NCBI GenBank assembly: GCA_964413425.1
Contig: CAYPST010000003.1
Span: 15,336 to 79,335 of the forward strand
Length of the DNA stretch: 64,000 nucleotides
Reading direction: 5' to 3'
DNA from: an uncultured bacterium
GTDB lineage: Bacteria > Fidelibacterota > JAANXI01
Shown here: piece after piece, positions 28,290-36,715 of the stretch
Numbering within the stretch: the first letter of the stretch is position 1
How the letters are laid out: each line of letters begins with the position of its first letter
Position numbers and translations under genes: made by a program
Notes under the pieces: model-generated
Told to the model about the DNA's origin: nothing
The model's database searches: none
Seen by the model: only the letters and a program-made list of their open reading frames with translations

Positions 28290-29645
28290 ATGACCAGACG
28301 TGAGTTTCTCCGGCGATCCGCCGGAATATTCATTGCGGCAGTGAGTGCACCGGCAGTAGTGCCGTCAACGATCTTTGGAAAGGCCGGGCAGATCCCCCCA
28401 AGTGAACGGATTGTCATGGGGTGTATCGGTGTTGGGGGCCAGGGCACCTATAACACCAGAGCGTTTCTCAATATCCCGGATGTCCAGGTGGTGGCGGTTT
28501 GTGATGTCGAGCGGGAAAGTGATCTCTATTACGGAGACACCGTTGCAGGCAGAGAGCCGGCCAGACGACTTGTGAATGCGTTTTATTCCAGGAATCGGGG
28601 AGCAGTCAATTACCAGGGGTGCGAGGTGTATACTGATTTTCGGGAGCTGCTGGCCCGGGATGACATTGATGCAGTTACCGTGTGCACTCCTGATCACTGG
28701 CACGGGTTGATTTCAGTCGCGGCGGCGGAAGCCGGTAAGGATATCTACTGCGAGAAACCTCTGACAAACACCATTGCCGAAGGTCGGGCGGTTGTGGATG
28801 CAGCCCGGAAATACGGCCGGATTCTGCAGACCGGCAGCCATGAACGCTCCAATGATAGCGTGCGGTATGCCTGCGAACTGGTTCGGAACGGATACATGGG
28901 CGAACTGCAGCGAATCCGGGTAAATATGCCCAACAGCGATCCCCACCACGACCTGATTCGCCAATCGGACCAGCCGCAGCCGGAAATGCCAATCCCGGAC
29001 GGATTCGATTATAATATGTGGCTGGGGCATACCCCCTGGAAACCTTACACGGAAAAGCGCTGCCATTTCTGGTGGCGGTTCATCCTGGATTACGGCGGTG
29101 GAGAAATGACGGACAGAGGTGCACATATTATCGATCTGGCACAGCTGGGCAACAACACCGACCATACCGGTCCGGTCCGCTTGCGAGCGAGGGGCAGTGC
29201 CCCGGATACCGGGCTTTATGATACGTTCCTCTCGTATGAGTTTGAATGTCAGTATGACAATGGTATTACCCTCCTTGGCAGCAGTCAGCAGCCGAGAGGG
29301 CTGAAATTCGAAGGGACCGACGGCTGGATATTTATCCACATCCACGGTGGACGACTGGAAGCCGAGCCAGCCTCCCTGCTGACGACACAGATCGGTCCCG
29401 GAGAAGTCCACCTGGGGCGCAGTCCCGGACATCATGAAAATTTTATCAATTCGGTAAAAATTAGGAAGCAGCCCGTGGCTCCGGCCGAAGTCGGGCATCA
29501 TACCGCAACCATCTGTCATCTTTTGAATATAGCCATGTTAACCGGTACTGAAGTGCACTGGGATCCCGAAAACGAGCAGATAACAAATAGTCCGGAAGCC
29601 AATAAAATGCTCTCCCGACCCATGCGGAGTCCATGGCATTTGTGA
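28290..29645 (+). CDS. Tat-exported Gfo/Idh/MocA-family oxidoreductase, paralog 4
   Basis: Tat motif MTRREFLRRSAG. GCIGVGGQGT, VVAVCDVE, PDHWH, CEKPL. 451 aa. Confidence 0.8.
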   Translation: MTRREFLRRSAGIFIAAVSAPAVVPSTIFGKAGQIPPSERIVMGCIGVGGQGTYNTRAFLNIPDVQVVAVCDVERESDLYYGDTVAGREPARRLVNAFYSRNRGAVNYQGCEVYTDFRELLARDDIDAVTVCTPDHWHGLISVAAAEAGKDIYCEKPLTNTIAEGRAVVDAARKYGRILQTGSHERSNDSVRYACELVRNGYMGELQRIRVNMPNSDPHHDLIRQSDQPQPEMPIPDGFDYNMWLGHTPWKPYTEKRCHFWWRFILDYGGGEMTDRGAHIIDLAQLGNNTDHTGPVRLRARGSAPDTGLYDTFLSYEFECQYDNGITLLGSSQQPRGLKFEGTDGWIFIHIHGGRLEAEPASLLTTQIGPGEVHLGRSPGHHENFINSVKIRKQPVAPAEVGHHTATICHLLNIAMLTGTEVHWDPENEQITNSPEANKMLSRPMRSPWHL

Positions 29646-29717
29646 GGTATTCGGATAAATGCACCACAAGGTAATCTGTAATTTCGTAAACACAACAAGC
29701 AAGAAAGGATAGGGGTT

Positions 29718-31112
29718 ATGACTGATAAGAATCAATCTCCTTCCAAAGGAAAGCAAGACATGTCCCGTCGGCAGTTTTTAGGGGCATCGGCACTGGCCGC
29801 AGCCGGATTAACGGTTGCGCCTCGACACATACTCGGGGGCGCAGGATACCAGGCTCCCAGTGATACACTGAACATCGCCTGCATCGGTGTGGGTGGCATG
29901 GGAAGAAACAATACCCGGGAACTGGCGGAATTGGGCGAAAATATCTATGCCCTCTGTGATGTGGATTTCGATTATGCCAGCGGGGTATTCGAGCAGTATC
30001 CCCGGGCGAAGAAGTACACGGATTTCCGGAAGATGTTAGAGAATGAACCGGAAATTGATGCCGTGATGGTGGCGACACCGGATAATACCCATGCTGCTAT
30101 CGCCATTACCGCCATGAAAAGGGGGAAGCACGCATTTGTTCAGAAACCACTGACTCGCACAATTTACGAGGCGCGTCGTTTGGCTGAGGTGGCGAAGGAA
30201 GAAGGCGTGGCCACCCAGATGGGGAATCAGGGGCATGGTATGGAAGGTACCTACCTGATACTGGAATGGATTCGCCAGGGAGCCATAGGGGACGTCACCA
30301 AAGTAGATACCTGGACCAACCGTCCCAGAGGATACTGGCCCCAGGGAGCTGACGTCCGTCGGCCGGCAGAAATTCCGGCGGTCCCCTCCACGCTGTCCTG
30401 GGATCTCTGGATCGGGCCGTCTCCGTATAGACCCTATCATCCCGCGTATCATCCCTTTGCATGGCGCGGATGGTGGGATTTCGGTTCCGGAGCACTGGGC
30501 GATATGGGCGCGCATATCATGGATCAGCCATACTGGGCGTTAGAACTCGGTATGCCTGAAACGGTCTATGCCAGTAACACACCGTATAACGATCAGTCCT
30601 TCCCGCTGGGATCCGTAGTTCACTATCAATTCCCGGCAAGAGGGAATAAGCCGCCGGTGAAGTTCACCTGGTACGATGGCGGATTACTGCCCCCGCGTCC
30701 CGACGATCTGGAACAGGGTCGTCAAATGGGCGCCAGCGGCGGCGGCATGATCTTCTATGGGACCGAAGGGAAACTGATGGCCAGCGTCTACGGAAACAAT
30801 CCCCGGCTGATTCCGGAATCGTTCATGCGCGAAGTGGGCCCGCCGAAGAAAACCCTGGAACGCTCACCTGGTATCCATGAGGAATGGGTGAACGAAGCCA
30901 AGGGGGGACCCAAAGCCAAGTCCAACTTCGAATATGCCGCTGCATTGACGGAAACGATGCTGCTGGGTAATGTGGCGATTCAATTCAGCGACACCAATAA
31001 ACGACTGGAATGGGATGCCGAAAATATGCAGGTCGCCAATCATCCGGAAGCAAACGAGTGGTTAGCGCAGGTCCACGATTTTCGTCCTGGCTGGGATGAG
31101 TTGATCGGATAA
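29718..31112 (+). CDS. Tat-exported Gfo/Idh/MocA-family oxidoreductase, paralog 5 (most GH109-like)
   Basis: Tat motif SRRQFLGASALAAAG. ACIGVGGMGRNN, YALCDVD, PDNTHA, VQKPLT. 464 aa. Confidence 0.8.
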   Translation: MTDKNQSPSKGKQDMSRRQFLGASALAAAGLTVAPRHILGGAGYQAPSDTLNIACIGVGGMGRNNTRELAELGENIYALCDVDFDYASGVFEQYPRAKKYTDFRKMLENEPEIDAVMVATPDNTHAAIAITAMKRGKHAFVQKPLTRTIYEARRLAEVAKEEGVATQMGNQGHGMEGTYLILEWIRQGAIGDVTKVDTWTNRPRGYWPQGADVRRPAEIPAVPSTLSWDLWIGPSPYRPYHPAYHPFAWRGWWDFGSGALGDMGAHIMDQPYWALELGMPETVYASNTPYNDQSFPLGSVVHYQFPARGNKPPVKFTWYDGGLLPPRPDDLEQGRQMGASGGGMIFYGTEGKLMASVYGNNPRLIPESFMREVGPPKKTLERSPGIHEEWVNEAKGGPKAKSNFEYAAALTETMLLGNVAIQFSDTNKRLEWDAENMQVANHPEANEWLAQVHDFRPGWDELIG

Positions 31113-31131
31113 GTGATTCTGTCAGAGACAC

Positions 31132-31170
31132 GGGCAGGTGGGTTCCATCTTTGCCTGCCCGTTTTCTGCT
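31132..31170 (+). terminator. intrinsic terminator (GGGCAGG-N15-CCTGCCC followed by GTTTTCTGCT)
   Basis: A 7-bp GC stem plus a U-rich tail lies 20 nt after the stop of the fifth oxidoreductase gene. Confidence 0.5.
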
Positions 31171-31226
31171 AACCAAGTACATTCGAAATCGCTGGACTAC
31201 GCGATAGCGAAAAGGAGAAGATTTCC

Positions 31227-32123
31227 ATGTTGAAAAACGGTATCGGAGTACCCGTGCTGATTCTCCTCTTCCTTACAGCGGTGATGATCGCCAGCTGTAG
31301 GAAGAAGCAGGAAGTTAGTTCGGTACCCTATAATCCGCAAACCGATGTATACAAAGGATGGCGGCTTGGCTGCCAGGCCTACTCATTCAACCGGTTTACC
31401 TTCTATGAAGCGGTGGATAAAACCGCGTCAGTGGGATTGGGATGGATTGAAGCATATCCCGGGCAGACACTGAGTCAGGAGCATCCGGACGTGCAATTCG
31501 GACCGGAGATGTCACCGGACATCCGGGCGGAAGTCAAACAGAAGCTGGCTGATGCCGGAATACAGCTGGTGAACTATGGAGTTACCCAGCTGCCCAATGA
31601 CGAGGCCGAATGCCGGACAGTGTTCGATTTCGCCGAAGATATGGGTATCGAGACCATCGTCTCCGAGCCCCCGGAAGAAGCCTTCGATCTGATCGATCGA
31701 TTGGCTCAGGAATACCAGATCAATGTCGCGATTCACAATCATCCGAGGCCGTCCCATTACTGGAATCCGGAAACAGTTCTGCGGGTGGTGGAAGGCCGGA
31801 GCAAGTATCTTGGTGCCTGCGCCGATACCGGCCACTGGATGCGGTCGGGTATCAATCCGCTGGAAGCCCTGCAGATGCTGGAAGGACGTATCATCTCTCT
31901 GCACTTCAAAGATCTGAACGAATTCGGAGTCCGGGAGGCCCATGACGTGCCCTGGGGCACCGGACAAGCAAATGTTGAAGCACTGCTCAAAGAGCTGGAT
32001 CGCCAGAACTTCCGGGGCGTCTTTTCTATTGAGTACGAACATAACTGGGAAAATTCGGTCCCGGACATCCAAAAATGTGTGGAGTATTTTAATGAAGTGG
32101 CGGGTGAATTAAGTGAGGTATAA
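31227..32123 (+). CDS. sugar phosphate isomerase/epimerase (xylose-isomerase-like TIM barrel) with lipoprotein-type signal peptide
   Basis: Signal peptide ending MIASC. Metal-binding TIM-barrel motifs typical of the AP endonuclease 2 / xylose-isomerase-like fold (IETIVSEP, AIHNHP, CADTGHW, LHFKD, IEYEHNWE). Confidence 0.75.
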   Translation: MLKNGIGVPVLILLFLTAVMIASCRKKQEVSSVPYNPQTDVYKGWRLGCQAYSFNRFTFYEAVDKTASVGLGWIEAYPGQTLSQEHPDVQFGPEMSPDIRAEVKQKLADAGIQLVNYGVTQLPNDEAECRTVFDFAEDMGIETIVSEPPEEAFDLIDRLAQEYQINVAIHNHPRPSHYWNPETVLRVVEGRSKYLGACADTGHWMRSGINPLEALQMLEGRIISLHFKDLNEFGVREAHDVPWGTGQANVEALLKELDRQNFRGVFSIEYEHNWENSVPDIQKCVEYFNEVAGELSEV

Positions 32124-32136
32124 AACAAGACCCAAA

Positions 32137-32166
32137 TTGAGCGATTTATTTCCATAAATCGCTCAA
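32137..32166 (+). terminator. strong hairpin (13-bp perfect stem ttgagcgatttat / ataaatcgctcaa, loop ttcc) just after the stop of 31227-32123
   Basis: Perfect inverted repeat 14 nt downstream of the stop. No U-tract follows, so it is either a U-less terminator or a structural repeat. Confidence 0.4.
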
Positions 32167-32237
32167 TCGACAAAGAAAATGTAAGTTTTCACCTCACCCA
32201 TTCGGTGAAAACAAACATTTTCTCAGTCGGGGTTATA

Positions 32238-32283
32238 CCTAAGTACAGCGATACTTCGCTGCACTCGTATCGCTCAACTTAGG
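32238..32283. repeat. imperfect-palindrome repeat element (family B), copy 1: cctaagtacagcgatacttcgctg / cactcgtatcgctcaacttagg
   Basis: The reverse complement is identical over both 22-nt arms to 46532-46599, where a 22-nt insert separates the arms. The arms are imperfect inverted repeats of each other (REP-like). Confidence 0.55.
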
Positions 32284-32332
32284 CAAGAATTATTTTCATG
32301 TATAGGGATGTTTGAATATTATCCCAGTAGTT

Positions 32333-32369
32333 AAAAAAAGGGGGGCTATATCGAGCCTCCCTTTTCTCT
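32333..32369. terminator. bidirectional intrinsic terminator (A7-GGGGGGC-loop-GCCUCCC-UUUUCUCUG)
   Basis: A-tract, 7-bp GC stem (one G.U pair), 8-nt loop and a U-rich tail. It lies about 210 nt from the nearest annotated gene end. Confidence 0.5.
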
Positions 32370-32534
32370 GCTGATAGAGGAGTTTATTAGGAAATTGGAA
32401 AACAGTTTTTGGGCAGTAAAATCAGGAACCTTAACACAGGTTGTTCAGTAAGGAATTGGACTTTCAACTGATATCTGCAGATACTCAGCAGATAAGTGAG
32501 TAGCATTAGCGATGGGAAGACATGTATATTTCTT

Positions 32535-32692
32535 GAGTCTATTTAAGAAAACGCTTCGCCCCGAAGGGATGCCTTCGGCAAAGAGGTCCCGTGACAACGG
32601 GACAAAGAAACTAGAACATATCCCTTGCCAAACCCTCGCAATACATGTTGAAGATGTGTTCTCTATAGAATAAAAATATATGGCTATTCAGC
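32535..32692. mobile_element. MITE-like element, copy 3 (reverse orientation, one end degenerate)
   Basis: gagtctatttaagaaaacgcttcgccccgaagggatgccttcggcaaagaggtcccgtgacaacgggacaaag... matches the reverse complement of 46886 back to about 46700, with point differences and without copy 2's internal duplication. The far TIR (ttctaaacactc) is not recognisable. Confidence 0.45.
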
Positions 32693-33389
32693 TTACTCAG
32701 TATTTGTGGAGATCAAGAGTTCCTGGAGACGCTCTGACCGAATGACCCCCTCTGGCTCCCCCTTAGTAAGGGGGAGAACGAGGAAAATGGGGTCAGGCCC
32801 GAAGGGCCCCCTATGGGGCAGCATTGAGGTAGGTGTTCATCTCCTGAGCCAAGTTAATAGTCATATTCATTAAAACTGAATTATCGAGGTAAATAACAGG
32901 AGTAAGTCATAATAGAACTAGTAGTTAGATTAATTAAAAAGGATTCTCTTAAGATAACTTCAGTACAGGATCGAGAAACTCCCGGGGAGTGTTCCTATGA
33001 AGCGTTAAGGAGTGAGTCTAGCCAGAGTGCTCAGCAGGCCGGATGTATCCACAAAGCCCTGATGCGCTGATTTTGGCCCCCAGGGGCTAGATATTTCTAG
33101 CAATGAGTCCCTCTCCCCCCTTCCGCGCCGGAGGAGCAGTACTGAGTTAAGCTGATAGTAAAATATGCATAATTAATATGATTAATCAGGAAAAAACATT
33201 GCTTTCATTAACAAACTACGTTATACTTATAGCAACATATGTATTTGACATCGCTTAGAACCTGACCCATAGATAAGAACTGTTTACTTTTGTTGTTCAT
33301 GTCGGTTTACTTTAAGCTTGGTTAGCAGAGGATAGGAAGCAGTATTTTGAGGCACTGTAATAAGGGGTTAAGAGAAAAGATATGGCGAT

Positions 33390-33425
33390 GCACACGTTTG
33401 CGAATACGTTTTCGCAAACGTGTGC
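33390..33425. promoter_or_regulatory. 36-bp near-perfect palindrome GCACACGTTTGCGAATAC|GTTTTCGCAAACGTGTGC (candidate operator or stable hairpin)
   Basis: 35 of 36 positions are self-complementary. It lies about 170 nt upstream of the TonB-dependent receptor start at 33598. Confidence 0.45.
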
Positions 33426-33597
33426 AAATGGCATCATCGTTAATATAATTTGTTTAAGGAATCGCAGATCGTTTCTGGGCAAGGCAGCATAATTAAAAGG
33501 CGTTTCGAAGGCTCTTCACTAGGTGGCTGATATGTCTGAATTTTTATTAAAGAATTGAATCACCATTAATATAATATAAACAGAAAGGAGAATTACC

Positions 33598-36500
33598 ATG
33601 CAGCGAACGTTACCATGGGATAGCCTGATCACAGGTATACTCGTGTGTTTGTTGATACCCTTTACCATCTTATTTGGCCAAACTAGTGGAAAGATTGCCG
33701 GTACAGTTACGGATGCTGAAACCGGTGAGCCTCTGCCAGGAGTTAATGTTATCCTAGAAGGGACTCAGCAGGGTGCAGCCACAGACCAAGAGGGATTCTA
33801 TACGATTCTGAATGTAACACCCGGTAGTTACTCAGTGACTGCATCTATGATTGGATATCAGGAAGTTACAAAGACCGGTGTTGAAGTGACTATAGACCAT
33901 ACCTCAACCATTGATTTTGAACTCCAAACAGCTGCCATCGCCGGAGAGGCGATTACTGTGGAAGCAGAGCGGGAAGTCGTAAAACTGGATATGTCTTCAA
34001 GCAGTGTAAGCACCACTCCGGACGAAATTGAAGGGACGCCAACTGTCACCAATGTGGGAGAGATGATTAACCTTCAGGCAGGAATTGATGGCATGTCCGT
34101 CCGCGGAGGTAGTGCGGATGAGACTGCTTTCATGTTGGACGGATTGATGGTGGTCGATAACCGGGCCAGCGAACCACTCTCCAACCTGGTGAATTTGAGT
34201 GCGGTACAGAGTTTGGAAGTCATTAAAGGTGGATTTAATGCAGAATACGGGAATGTACGATCAGGGGTGATCACCGTTGTGACCAAGGATGGCCGACCAG
34301 AGCGATATAGTGGTTCGCTCGAATTGCGTTACAGTCCGCCCCGCTTGAAACATTCCGGTCCGTCGGTTTTCAATTGGCAAAATTATTATTTACGGCCGTA
34401 TCTCGATCCCGATGTGAGGATGGATGGGACGAAAAGCGGTGCCTGGGATGAAGAGATGCGTGGGCAATATCCGGAATTCGAAGGATGGAAGGCGGTATCT
34501 GACCGAACACTGGCTGATGATTCCGATGCGAATGATCAGACACCAGAAGAAGCCATGCAATGGTTCATGTGGCAGCATCGGGCAGAAGGAAGCGCTGAAC
34601 TTGGACAGAAAGAAGCCAACTATGGCAAGATTCCGGATTATTTGGCTGATGTCAGTCTTGGTGGACCGGTTCCCTTCGCGAGTTCCTACTTGGGAGATTT
34701 GACCTTCTTTCTCTCACATAAATCGGATAACAGTGCCTTTGCTTTACCAGTGGTTCGTGATTATTATCACGAGAACAATACCCAGTTGAAACTGACAACT
34801 CGTCCCACCGATAATCTGAGGGTAACGGCTCAGGGAATCTATGGGATAATTAATTCGGTCGCCTCTCATGTCCGGGGTGCAGCCTGGAGCATGAATGATT
34901 ATCTGAGAAGCGGCGACGACTTCTATAACCCGGATACGGAAAGTCATAGCCTCTATTGGCCGGGTGGATGGAATCCCTTTGACGCCTATCGTTCTGTGGG
35001 AGGACTGAATATTGAACATACTTTAAGTTCCAGAACGTTCTATGAAGCGAATATCTCCTACACTCACACCCAGAATGATATGGATGGGCCGCAGAAGATT
35101 CGGGATACCACTCCCATTCGCTATTTTGGCAGCGTTCCTGCGGATGAACAGCCCTATGGTTGGATCTGGGCGACCGGGGAACCGGGAAGAAAGCGGAAAA
35201 CGATTGATGGATTCGGCATTGCAGATGAAGGTGCTGAGCCGCGAGACACCTCGTATGCCAGTACAGTGAACGCCTCGTTCGATATTACCAGTCAGGTACA
35301 TAGGAATCATATGGTGAAAGGTGGTATCGTATTCAATTACGATGAATTTCATGTATTTCGTGGCAGTCATCGTCCCAGAAGTTCAACAGAAGATACGAAA
35401 ATCATCTGGCATCAGTATCCCATCCGCCTGGGAGCTTACATTCAGGACAAATTTGAATTCGAAGGAATGATAGCAAATATAGGAGTGCGGCTGGACTATA
35501 ATGATCCCAAGACTGAATGGTATACCGTTGATCAATATTCGAAATATTTTACTGCCAAATATGAAGATCAGTTGACCACTGAAGCACCGACCGAGCCAGC
35601 GGAAGCCCATTTGCGGATCAGTCCCCGAGTGGGTATTTCTCACCCGGTCAGCGCGAACAGTAAATTCTATTTCAATTACGGCCACTTTTATTCCATGGTT
35701 CCCGCACAGCAGATGTTTGAAATTAATTACGGCAATGTGCCCTCAGGTGTGCAGTTCATTGGGAATCCGTCTGCTGATCCGGCTCGGACCGTCGCTTATG
35801 AACTGGGGGCGGAATACAGTCTGTTGAATCAATTTTTACTCCATGCATCCGGATATTACAAAAATGTGACCGGTGAGGCTGCCAGTGTTGGTTATACCGA
35901 TTTTACCGGGAGCGTTGATTACAACACGATTGAAAATAATGAATATTCGGATGTTAGGGGTTTCGAGTTCAAGATCGAAAAGCGATATGGCTGGATAACC
36001 GGCTGGCTGAATTATGACTACCGGGTCCGGACCCAGGGATATGTCGGTCGTCAGCACTATTTCGAAGATATCCGGCAGATGCGGACTTACGGTTTGCAGA
36101 ATCCTTATCAGGAACGACCACTCGCTCGTCCGGTGGCTCGTGCGCAATTACGATTCAGATCCCCGCAGGATTTTGGCCCCAGCTATGGCGGGTTTAGGCC
36201 ACTGGGCGGCTGGTCGTTATCCTTCCTGTATACCCATCAGGCAGGCCATTATGAAACCTGGGATCCCTTAACTACTTATGAGTTACAGGATAATATTCAG
36301 TGGGCCGATTACAATCGAGTGGATGCGAAAATCTCCTATGATGTTCTCGGCAGCAGCAGCCGAAGTATCAGGCTCTATCTGGATATCACCAATGTGTTCG
36401 ATATCAAGAACCTGACCACCATGGCCTTTTCTGACGCGAATGATCGCCGGGCCTATCTGGAATCCTTACACTTACCAATGTACGAAGGAAAAAAATATCA

Positions 36501-36642
36501 GGATGCAGGATATACTGCGGGGAGTGACGAGCCGGGGGATCTCAGCAGCGAAGATAAACCCTATATTAACGATCCGAACCGCCGGTTCCTCTACTATACA
36601 GATCCACGGTATGTGACATTCGGATTACGAGTGAATTTCTAG
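33598..36642 (+). CDS. TonB-dependent outer-membrane receptor with N-terminal carboxypeptidase-regulatory-like domain (SusC/RagA-like architecture)
   Basis: Signal peptide, then a CarbopepD_reg-like domain (GKIAGTVTDAETGEPLPGVNVILEG...GFYTI), a plug region, a long beta-barrel and a C-terminal aromatic residue (...GLRVNF). 1014 aa. RBS AAAGGAG. Confidence 0.85.
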   Translation: MQRTLPWDSLITGILVCLLIPFTILFGQTSGKIAGTVTDAETGEPLPGVNVILEGTQQGAATDQEGFYTILNVTPGSYSVTASMIGYQEVTKTGVEVTIDHTSTIDFELQTAAIAGEAITVEAEREVVKLDMSSSSVSTTPDEIEGTPTVTNVGEMINLQAGIDGMSVRGGSADETAFMLDGLMVVDNRASEPLSNLVNLSAVQSLEVIKGGFNAEYGNVRSGVITVVTKDGRPERYSGSLELRYSPPRLKHSGPSVFNWQNYYLRPYLDPDVRMDGTKSGAWDEEMRGQYPEFEGWKAVSDRTLADDSDANDQTPEEAMQWFMWQHRAEGSAELGQKEANYGKIPDYLADVSLGGPVPFASSYLGDLTFFLSHKSDNSAFALPVVRDYYHENNTQLKLTTRPTDNLRVTAQGIYGIINSVASHVRGAAWSMNDYLRSGDDFYNPDTESHSLYWPGGWNPFDAYRSVGGLNIEHTLSSRTFYEANISYTHTQNDMDGPQKIRDTTPIRYFGSVPADEQPYGWIWATGEPGRKRKTIDGFGIADEGAEPRDTSYASTVNASFDITSQVHRNHMVKGGIVFNYDEFHVFRGSHRPRSSTEDTKIIWHQYPIRLGAYIQDKFEFEGMIANIGVRLDYNDPKTEWYTVDQYSKYFTAKYEDQLTTEAPTEPAEAHLRISPRVGISHPVSANSKFYFNYGHFYSMVPAQQMFEINYGNVPSGVQFIGNPSADPARTVAYELGAEYSLLNQFLLHASGYYKNVTGEAASVGYTDFTGSVDYNTIENNEYSDVRGFEFKIEKRYGWITGWLNYDYRVRTQGYVGRQHYFEDIRQMRTYGLQNPYQERPLARPVARAQLRFRSPQDFGPSYGGFRPLGGWSLSFLYTHQAGHYETWDPLTTYELQDNIQWADYNRVDAKISYDVLGSSSRSIRLYLDITNVFDIKNLTTMAFSDANDRRAYLESLHLPMYEGKKYQDAGYTAGSDEPGDLSSEDKPYINDPNRRFLYYTDPRYVTFGLRVNF

Positions 36643-36715
36643 CGGCAGATAAAAGATAAGGACTGATAAAAAAAAAGACTGTCGGTACTGAAGTTATATA
36701 CAAGGAGAAGACGAA

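Noticed and set aside
32124-33597. CRISPR array, rRNA/tRNA, RNase P RNA, tmRNA or SRP RNA in the long non-coding islands
   Set aside because: The repeats are not regularly spaced or identical (not CRISPR-like). None of the diagnostic conserved strings of RNase P (GGAAAGUCCGGGCUCC), tmRNA (tRNA-like 3' end with CCA) or SRP RNA could be found by eye. Only a covariance-model scan can settle it.
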